From positions 1 to 14,077 of the forward strand of contig DASVVF010001057.1 in the NCBI GenBank assembly GCA_036386695.1: a DNA stretch of 14,077 bases, written 5' to 3'. The notes beneath the pieces were generated by a model. The model saw only the letters and a list, made by a program, of their open reading frames with translations, had not been told where the DNA came from and made no database searches. The stretch comes from Catenuloplanes sp. GTDB taxonomy: Bacteria; Actinomycetota; Actinomycetes; Mycobacteriales; Micromonosporaceae. Shown piece by piece: positions 1-6,526 of the stretch. Both the position numbers and the translations under genes were made by a program. Positions within the stretch are counted from its first letter, which is position 1. Each line of letters begins with the position of its first letter.

Positions 1-75
1 CGACGGCACAACGGTCGACGGCACAACGGTCGACGGCACAACGGTCGACGGCACAACGGTCGACGGCACAGCCGG
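1..75 (+). repeat. Perfect 15-bp tandem repeat (cgacggcacaacggt) x4 (1-60) plus a diverged fifth copy (61-75). It is in-frame and encodes DGTTV pentapeptide repeats. The array may continue upstream of the window.
   Basis: Direct reading: four identical 15-mers at 1-15, 16-30, 31-45 and 46-60; the fifth copy is cgacggcacagccgg. Frame starting at base 2 reads DGTTV DGTTV DGTTV DGTTV DGTAGDW... Confidence 0.9.
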
Positions 76-1516
76 CGACTGGCCCACAGGCGGCTGGCCC
101 ACCGGCGACGGCTCACCCATCCCCGAGCCGACCGGCACCGAGCCGGACCACCCGCAGAGCCGGGCCGAGGCCGAGACCGGCAACCCCGCATCCGGGTACG
201 CCGAAGCCGGGTACGACGCCGCCGGCCACAGCGCCGATGGCTCGGGGACCTTCCCCGGCTTCGCCATGCACACCTCGACCGGATCGGCGTCCTCGGCAGC
301 GGCGGCGGCGGACGACGACCTTGGGGCCACCGGTGAGTATCCGGTCATCAGTGACGCCTGGCGCACCGATCCACTGGACACCACGGTGGTGACCGCGACC
401 GACGCCGAACCGGAGTACTACCCGCCGTTCACGCTGGTCGACGACCTGTTCTTCGATGACCGGGGCCCGGACCTGCCCACCCCCGCGAATGCGGCGGTCA
501 CCGGTCCGAGGGCGCCGGAGGACCCCGAGGAAAGGCAGCCCGCCATGGCCGGCGCGGCCCCGGCCGGCGGCGGCAAGCGGGCACGCCTGCTCGGGCTGCG
601 CTGGACCACCGTGGTGGCCGCCCTGGCGGTGCTGGCGCTCGCGGCGACCGGCGTGGCGGTCGCGGTGTTCGCCGCGGGGGCGGACCCGCTCGGCACCTCG
701 GCGTCGCGTACCGCGGCCGGTGCACCGGCGAACGCCGGACCGGCGGCCGGCGCACCGGCGAACGGTGGACCGGCGGGCGGCGCACCGGCGAACGGTGGAC
801 CGGCGGGTGCGGCGGACGGCCGGGCCGACGAAAACCCGCCTGCCGGTGGTGGGGCCCCGGCCGGTTCCGGATCAGAGGGGGCCGGCCAGGCACCCGACCC
901 GGCCGCCGCGCACACCGTCTCCGCCCCCCGCAACGGACGCGACGAGGCCTCCTTCGACCTGGTGAACGGTACGACGACGGTCAAGCTGCACACCGGCGAC
1001 CTGGGTGACGACCTGTTCCGCGTCGAGACACCGGTCGGCAGCGACGTGCTGCCCCGTCCGGTCGAGCAGGGCGACCGGGTGCAGCTGCACCTGGTCGACA
1101 GCGGCGAGGACGGGCCCGGCTCGGTCGACATCACGCTGAACTCACAGGTGCGGTGGGCGCTGCGGCTCACCGGAGGGGCCGCCGAACACGTCATCGACAT
1201 GAGTGAGGGCGAGCTCAGCGGCCTGGAGATCCTCGGCGGCGCCACCCGGGTCGAGCTGAACCTGCCCGAGCCGGACGGCACCATGCGGGTCAAGATGACC
1301 GGCGGGGTCAACGAGTTCGCCGTCGGCACTCCCGCGGGCACACCGGTGCGGCTGCGGATCGGCAGCGGCGCGGCGCAGGTGGTGCTGGACGGAAAGACCC
1401 ACCGCGGCATCGCCCCCGGCCGGGTGTTCGTCCCCACCCGGTGGGGCCACGCCGACGACCGGGTGGAACTCGACGCGGTGGCCGGGGTGGGGACTCTCAC
1501 CCTGAGTCATCACTGA
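2..1516 (+). CDS. Repeat-rich single-pass membrane protein, 5'-truncated by the window edge. It has DGTTV repeats, a Pro/Asp-rich linker, one TM helix (LLGLRWTTVVAALAVLALAATGVAVAVFAAG), PANGGPAGGA x3 repeats and a ~190-aa beta-rich C-terminal domain (possibly LiaF/toastrack-like; uncertain).
   Basis: The frame is open with no stop from base 2 to TGA at 1514-1516. The ORF track lists only 266..1516 (first ATG), but the perfect in-frame repeats upstream argue the CDS continues 5' of the window. A hydrophobic stretch lies around nt 590-680 and GC3 is high. The C-terminal domain shows alternating hydrophobic/Gly patterns (VKLHTGDLGDD..., RVELNLPEPDGTMRVKMTGG..., VRLRIGSGAAQVVLDG...), consistent with a beta-solenoid/toastrack-like fold. 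The true start is unknown; M266 and M545 are internal alternatives. Confidence 0.6.
   Translation, partial: DGTTVDGTTVDGTTVDGTTVDGTAGDWPTGGWPTGDGSPIPEPTGTEPDHPQSRAEAETGNPASGYAEAGYDAAGHSADGSGTFPGFAMHTSTGSASSAAAAADDDLGATGEYPVISDAWRTDPLDTTVVTATDAEPEYYPPFTLVDDLFFDDRGPDLPTPANAAVTGPRAPEDPEERQPAMAGAAPAGGGKRARLLGLRWTTVVAALAVLALAATGVAVAVFAAGADPLGTSASRTAAGAPANAGPAAGAPANGGPAGGAPANGGPAGAADGRADENPPAGGGAPAGSGSEGAGQAPDPAAAHTVSAPRNGRDEASFDLVNGTTTVKLHTGDLGDDLFRVETPVGSDVLPRPVEQGDRVQLHLVDSGEDGPGSVDITLNSQVRWALRLTGGAAEHVIDMSEGELSGLEILGGATRVELNLPEPDGTMRVKMTGGVNEFAVGTPAGTPVRLRIGSGAAQVVLDGKTHRGIAPGRVFVPTRWGHADDRVELDAVAGVGTLTLSHH
722..811 (+). repeat. 30-bp tandem repeat x3 encoding APANxGPAGG decapeptide repeats inside gene 1.
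   Basis: gcaccggcgaacgccggaccggcggccggc / gcaccggcgaacggtggaccggcgggcggc / gcaccggcgaacggtggaccggcgggtgcg. Copies 2 and 3 are nearly identical. Confidence 0.85.
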
Positions 1517-1588
1517 CGTCAACGCGGTGGTCGCCGGAGGGTAGGGCGCGCGGGCGGCCCCACCCCCCGGCTCCCGACCCCGCCGGCG

Positions 1589-4500
1589 CTACCCCTCGGG
1601 AGCGAGCCGATCGGCGGCCCGGCCGATCGCCGACTCCACCCGGTCGGCGAGCAGGCCCACCGCACCGACAGCGCGGCTCATCGGGTCGTCGGCGGCGCCG
1701 CCCAGCGCCCGTTCGCGCAGATACGCCGCTTTCACCTCGGCCCACCGGCGGGACTGTTCGGGGGTCAGCCGGCCGCGCAGCTCGGCGAGCTTGAGCAGGT
1801 TCGCCTCGGCACCGGAGGTCAGCGTCTGGGCCTCGCCCGCGTAGTGGTCGTCGATGGCGGCTTCCAGCTCGTCGTCGTTCATCACCGGGACGATCCGCTC
1901 GGCCAGCTTGTTCATGTTCCGGTACGAACCCTGCAGCCGGAACGGCGGCTCGGTGCGCGACGCGTCGGCCTGCCCCGCCGAGGCGATGTACGCCTGGTTG
2001 TTGGCCAGCACCACCCGCTGCACCCGCAGCATCTTGCCCAGGACCGACAGCAGCTGGGTCAGCTCCACCGACGAGTACGGGTGCGCCAGCTGGTCGGGGC
2101 GTACGCTGCCGTCGCCCGCCGCCAACCGGACCAGCAGCTCCACGTCGCCACGTTCCCTTGTGGACATCGGGGCCAGCACCGGGTTGGAGGTGAGTGCGTT
2201 CTCGATGTAGCTCAGCGCGAACAGATCGTCCCGGCCGGCCAGCACGTCACCGAGGTTCCACACGTCCGCCCGGTTGGCCAGCATGTCCGGGATCCGGAAC
2301 CGTTGCCCGGCCTCGGTGTACGGGTTGCCCGCCATACACACCGCGAACCGCTTGCCGCGCAGGTCGTAGGTGCGGGTGCGGCCCTCCCACACGCCTTCCA
2401 TCCGGCGCTGCGCGTCACAGAGCGGGATGAACTTCTGCAACAGCTCGGGTGAGGTGTGCTGGATGTCGTCGAGATACAGCAGCACGTTGTTGCCCATCTC
2501 CAGGGCGAAGGAGATCTTCTCGACCTCCTGGCGGGCGGTGGCGTTGGGTGCCTCGGCCGGGTCCAGGGAGGTGACGTCGTGGCCGAGGGCCGGGCCGTTG
2601 ACCTTGACGAAGACCAGCCCCAGCCGGCTCGCGACGTATTCCATCAGGGTCGTCTTGCCGTAACCGGGCGGCGAGATGAGCAGCAGCAGACCCATCTGGT
2701 CGGTGCGCTTGGCGGCGCCGACGGCGCCGAGCTGACGGGCCAGGTTGTCGCCGATCAGGGGCAGGTAGACCTCGTCGAGCAGCCGGTTGCGCACGAAGGC
2801 GTTCATCACGGTGGGCCGGTATTCGTCCAGGCGTAGCCGGGCCCGCTCGGCGGCGGCCAGGGCGGTGCGCTGGCGTTGGTACGCCCGGTACGCCGGCACC
2901 CGGTCCAGGCGGAACCGGTGGGTACGCGACAGCGCCTCGTCGAGCCGCAGCTCCAGCCGCCGCCCGGTGAGCCGGGGGTGCGCGCCGAGCAGACCGTCCA
3001 CAGTGGCGGTCAGCGCCGCCGACGAGTCGTGCCGGGGTAGCTCGGCACCGCACAGCTCGATCGCGACGGCTTCCGGGAGGTCGATCGCCTGGGCCGCCCG
3101 ATCCGGTGACGACGCCAGGAAGGCGCCCAGCCACGCCTCGATGAGTTGGTGCCGGGCGGCCAGGTCGTCGCCGAGGGAGCGCAGGTCGTCGTCGAAGTCC
3201 CGCCCGGAGCGCGACCCGGCACCACCGAGGGCCTGGCGGAACCGGGTGAGCAACGAACGCGCCCCGGCGCTGGTCACGAAGCCGAACGGGGCTCCGGACA
3301 GCTCCTCGAAGAGGTACTCGCCGACCAGGTCGGTGGGCTGCGGTAGGCCGACCGTCCGCAGGAAGTCGCCGGCGGCCCCGGTCAGCTCCGCGCACATGTC
3401 GTCCACGGCGGCCGGTCGGCCGAACGCGGCCCGGGCCCGGGCGAGCGAGCCGGCCCGCCGGGACCAGGCGGCGCGGGCGGCCGGCTGGGCGCCGTACGCC
3501 CAGAAGAGCTGGGCGGCGGCCCGCTCGGCCGCCGGGTAGCGCAGCAGGCCGGCACCGATGTGCAGGCGCAGCAGCGCGTCGAGGATGGCGGTGGCGTCGG
3601 CGTCGTGCACGCCGCGCTCGTACCCCTCGTCGTAGCGGGCTTCGGCGGCCCGGCGTACCAGGTCGTGCAGGGCGCCGTCGGTGACGGCGGCCTCGCGCAG
3701 TACGTCACCGCCCACCTCGGACAGCACGATGGCGGCGAGGTGTTCGGCCCGGTAGACCTCGGTCGACTCGGAGACCAGCGGCTGGTCCCAGAACGGCCGG
3801 GTGGCCTGGAACGCCTCGTCGGCCACCGGCGACCGGTAGTCGGTGGCGGTCACCGCGAACGCCATCGCGCCGTCGTGCGGCACCAGGGTCAGGTCGATGA
3901 CCTGGGTGTTCACCGCGAACCGGTGCCGGCCGAGCCGGATGGTGTCACCGCCGTCGGTGTACAGGTCGAGGCGGTCCCGCAACGCCCGGCCGGCCTCTTG
4001 CCGGGCGGCCTTCACCCGGCCGTCCAGCTCCTCCGCGCGCACCTGGTCACCGAGGGCGCGCAGTTCCTCGGCGACGCTGCGCAGCTTCGTGATCATCGGG
4101 TCGGCGACGAAGTACGTGTTGACCTCGTCGAGGGAGTCGAGGCCGGCGACCCGGCGCTGCACGCTGGCCAGGATCCGCCCGGCGGAGTCGACCAGCCGGT
4201 CGGCGCGGCGGGCCCGGTCGTCCAGCAGCGCCTGCTTGCGCGCGGAGAACGCCTCGTAGACGTCGGTCCGCTTGGTGCCCAACTGGGCCAGGAAGTCGTC
4301 GAATTCGGCGAACCGCGACTCGAGGTTCTCCAGTTGCAGCAGCAGCCGGCCCAGCTGCTCGTCGCAGTGTTCCGGGGTGTCGGCGGCGGCCAGGGCGCCG
4401 GTGATGGCCTGGGCCAGCAACGCGAACTGGGCGCTGAACTCGGCCCGACCCTCGACGTCGAGCAGTTCCCGGCGGCGGCCGTCCAGGGTGGCGCGGGCCC

Positions 4501-6526
4501 GGTTCACCCCGCCGAGGACTTCGCCGATGCGCTCCAGGATACCGATCCGCACCCGCGCGTCGGTGATGTCCAGGGTGCCGACGATCTCGGTGACCACCTG
4601 GAGTCCGTCCGCCTGCTCGGTCAGCCGGGCCTCGATCGGGGCCGCCTGGGCGACGGCCGAGATCCCGGCGGCCTCGGCCACCAGCCGGTCCACCTCGGCG
4701 GTGTAACCGGTGAAGGCGTCGTCGCGCCCGAGGAACCCGGCGGCCCGCTGCCCGGCCGAGGTCAGCTCGCCGGCCAGGTCGACGGCGAGCCGGTCGATCC
4801 GGTCGGTGTCGACGTAGCGCAGCTCGCGCAGGCCGACCAGGTGGCCCTGCGCCTGGCGCAGCGCGGCGAGTTGGCGTACCCACGCGTCGGTGGTGGCCGG
4901 CACCTCGCCGCGGGCCCGGCGGATCAGCGACGCGGTCCGGTCGGCCGCCTGCTGCACCGCGGCGGTGGCCTGGTCGGTGAGCGCCTGCACGGTTTCGAAC
5001 TCGTCGAGGACCTGCTCCGCGGTGGCGCGGACCTGGGCCAGCGGGGTACGCAGGTCGCCGAGGTCACGGTCGCCGAGCCAGTGGTAGTGGTCGAAGATCC
5101 GGGCACAGGCGGCGATCATCGCCTCGAACACCGGACCGGACGGGCTCATCTCGCCGACCATCCGGCCCACCGACAGGCAGTCCGAGATGCCCCGGACCAG
5201 CTCGGCGTTGCCGACCCGCTCCAGCGGGCCGGTGCCGACCGGCTGGGCGGCGGCGTAGGTGTCGGCCAGGTACGGGGTCTGCCACACCTGCATCGGGTGC
5301 ACCCGGGCCGGCTCGTCGGACATCGCCCGGAAGACGACCAGCGTGCCGTCGTCGAACAACGAGTACCCGTGGCACGGCACCGGCGTGGCGACCTCCTTGC
5401 GGATCACGTTGTACGGCAGCAGCAGCGACCGGCCCTCGGCGCGGGCGTGGAAGACGTACAGCACGTCCTCACCGTTGGTGGAGCGGATGACCCGCTCGAA
5501 TTCGAGGCTGGCCACGTCGGTGTCGAAGGTGCGGCTGACCCCGGTGGCCAGGTAGTAGCCGCCGGGGAAGATGATCCCGTGGTCCTCGGGCAGCCGCTGG
5601 CATGCCTGCCCGATGCCGTCCACCCGCAGCACGTCGCGGGTGCGGGTGTTGAAGACCAGGTACCGCCAGGCGGTTTCCTTGTACGGCAGGATTTTGAGCA
5701 GGATGAGCGGCCCGACGCGGGCGTAGCGCACATCGGCGTCGGCGAGGCTCTGCAGCGGTTCGTCGACCGGCTCCCGGTAGATCCCCTCGCCGTCCTCGGT
5801 GTTGTTCTCCACCTTGACCGTCAGGGTGCCGCCGACCGTTTCGACGAACACCTCGTCGTCGATCGAGATGTGCGGGTGCCGGCCCAGGACGTGGTGGTCG
5901 CGGGTGGTCTCGGTCCACTCGAAGTCGTGCGGCCGGGGGAAGACGTGGTCGCGCTCTCCGCGATTGTCCACATACGACACGCTGCCGTCGGTTGCCACCC
6001 GCCAGCGCAGCACCCGCAGGTCGTCGGGGCGCGGGCCGGTCTGGAACACGGCCAGCAGCAGCCCTTCGACCCGGCGGAGCTGGACCAGCCGGGTCTCCCG
6101 GTAGTAGCGGTACAGCTCGGCGAAGTCCCGCTGGAACGTCGGATCGTCCAGCAGCCCGGGCAGCGCGTCCGGGCCGACCTCCTCGAACCGGAAGGCGTCA
6201 CCGTCGCGGGTGAAGCCGTGCAGCGAGATGACGTCGGCTACGGTCGTCTCGCTCTTCAGCCCGATGAACACGTTGTATCCGAACAGCATCAGCCCACCGA
6301 CGGACACGATGTCGCGCGGGACGCAGTTGTTCGCCGTCCGGATCCGTTCGGTGCCGAGCAGCCGCAGCTCCGCGCTGCCGAACGTGGCCACCCGCTCGGC
6401 GTTGAGCGCCTCGGCGCGCCGGGCCAGCTCGGCGGCCTGGTCGGCCAACCGGGCCCGCAGCACCTCGTAGGTGCCGGCGTCGAGCGCGGCGGCCCGGCCG
6501 GGGGCCGCCGTCGCCACGTCCGTCAC
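1589..6526 (-). CDS. Giant (1645 aa) uncharacterized AAA+ ATPase. It has an N-terminal beta-rich domain (~500 aa), a ~700-aa Ala/Arg/Glu/Leu-rich helical region and a C-terminal P-loop AAA+ module with a ~190-aa helical C-terminal extension. Similar large proteins are often auto-annotated 'DNA repair ATPase' without evidence.
   Basis: GTG start at 6526-6524 gives MTDVATAAPGRAAAL and overlaps the flotillin TGA stop (GTGA). Walker A LLLLISPPGYGKTT is at 2648-2671 (verified by reverse-complementing). Walker B VLLYLDD is at 2465-2485. A downstream sensor/Arg-rich segment reads CMAGNPYTEAGQRFRIPDM. GC3 is very high. The opposite-strand ORF 3560..6916 is low-complexity antisense. Confidence 0.85.
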   Translation of the reverse strand: MTDVATAAPGRAAALDAGTYEVLRARLADQAAELARRAEALNAERVATFGSAELRLLGTERIRTANNCVPRDIVSVGGLMLFGYNVFIGLKSETTVADVISLHGFTRDGDAFRFEEVGPDALPGLLDDPTFQRDFAELYRYYRETRLVQLRRVEGLLLAVFQTGPRPDDLRVLRWRVATDGSVSYVDNRGERDHVFPRPHDFEWTETTRDHHVLGRHPHISIDDEVFVETVGGTLTVKVENNTEDGEGIYREPVDEPLQSLADADVRYARVGPLILLKILPYKETAWRYLVFNTRTRDVLRVDGIGQACQRLPEDHGIIFPGGYYLATGVSRTFDTDVASLEFERVIRSTNGEDVLYVFHARAEGRSLLLPYNVIRKEVATPVPCHGYSLFDDGTLVVFRAMSDEPARVHPMQVWQTPYLADTYAAAQPVGTGPLERVGNAELVRGISDCLSVGRMVGEMSPSGPVFEAMIAACARIFDHYHWLGDRDLGDLRTPLAQVRATAEQVLDEFETVQALTDQATAAVQQAADRTASLIRRARGEVPATTDAWVRQLAALRQAQGHLVGLRELRYVDTDRIDRLAVDLAGELTSAGQRAAGFLGRDDAFTGYTAEVDRLVAEAAGISAVAQAAPIEARLTEQADGLQVVTEIVGTLDITDARVRIGILERIGEVLGGVNRARATLDGRRRELLDVEGRAEFSAQFALLAQAITGALAAADTPEHCDEQLGRLLLQLENLESRFAEFDDFLAQLGTKRTDVYEAFSARKQALLDDRARRADRLVDSAGRILASVQRRVAGLDSLDEVNTYFVADPMITKLRSVAEELRALGDQVRAEELDGRVKAARQEAGRALRDRLDLYTDGGDTIRLGRHRFAVNTQVIDLTLVPHDGAMAFAVTATDYRSPVADEAFQATRPFWDQPLVSESTEVYRAEHLAAIVLSEVGGDVLREAAVTDGALHDLVRRAAEARYDEGYERGVHDADATAILDALLRLHIGAGLLRYPAAERAAAQLFWAYGAQPAARAAWSRRAGSLARARAAFGRPAAVDDMCAELTGAAGDFLRTVGLPQPTDLVGEYLFEELSGAPFGFVTSAGARSLLTRFRQALGGAGSRSGRDFDDDLRSLGDDLAARHQLIEAWLGAFLASSPDRAAQAIDLPEAVAIELCGAELPRHDSSAALTATVDGLLGAHPRLTGRRLELRLDEALSRTHRFRLDRVPAYRAYQRQRTALAAAERARLRLDEYRPTVMNAFVRNRLLDEVYLPLIGDNLARQLGAVGAAKRTDQMGLLLLISPPGYGKTTLMEYVASRLGLVFVKVNGPALGHDVTSLDPAEAPNATARQEVEKISFALEMGNNVLLYLDDIQHTSPELLQKFIPLCDAQRRMEGVWEGRTRTYDLRGKRFAVCMAGNPYTEAGQRFRIPDMLANRADVWNLGDVLAGRDDLFALSYIENALTSNPVLAPMSTRERGDVELLVRLAAGDGSVRPDQLAHPYSSVELTQLLSVLGKMLRVQRVVLANNQAYIASAGQADASRTEPPFRLQGSYRNMNKLAERIVPVMNDDELEAAIDDHYAGEAQTLTSGAEANLLKLAELRGRLTPEQSRRWAEVKAAYLRERALGGAADDPMSRAVGAVGLLADRVESAIGRAADRLAPEG
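2465..2485 (-). other. Walker B coding segment (VLLYLDD) of the giant AAA+ protein.
   Basis: Reverse complement of 2461-2500 translates to EMGNNVLLYLDDI: four hydrophobic residues followed by DD. Confidence 0.8.
2648..2671 (-). other. Walker A / P-loop coding segment (PPGYGKTT) of the giant AAA+ protein.
   Basis: Reverse complement of 2648-2689 reads ctgctgctgctcatctcgccgcccggttacggcaagacgacc, which translates to LLLLISPPGYGKTT. Confidence 0.85.

Noticed and set aside
1-75. Possible CRISPR array at the window start
   Set aside because: The 15-bp units are directly abutting with no spacers, lie in-frame inside an ORF, and encode a peptide repeat; this is not CRISPR architecture. No cas genes are in the window.
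418-1500. 360-aa - strand ORF, and the 456..965 / 498..893 ORFs, overlapping gene 1
   Set aside because: They are Arg/Pro/Ser-rich antisense or off-frame translations of the repeat-containing + strand gene. The + frame carries perfect in-frame repeats and a TM helix.
1517-1588. Bidirectional Rho-independent terminator between the convergent genes
   Set aside because: Only a weak 7-nt inverted pair (cgccggc ... gccggcg) separated by ~40 nt, with no tight GC hairpin plus U-tract. I cannot support a terminator call.
1589-6526. Calling the giant protein a 'DNA repair ATPase'
   Set aside because: I see no nuclease, helicase, SMC hinge or DNA-binding motif. The label is, to my knowledge, an uncurated family name. 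The flotillin/NfeD coupling points to a membrane-associated role instead.
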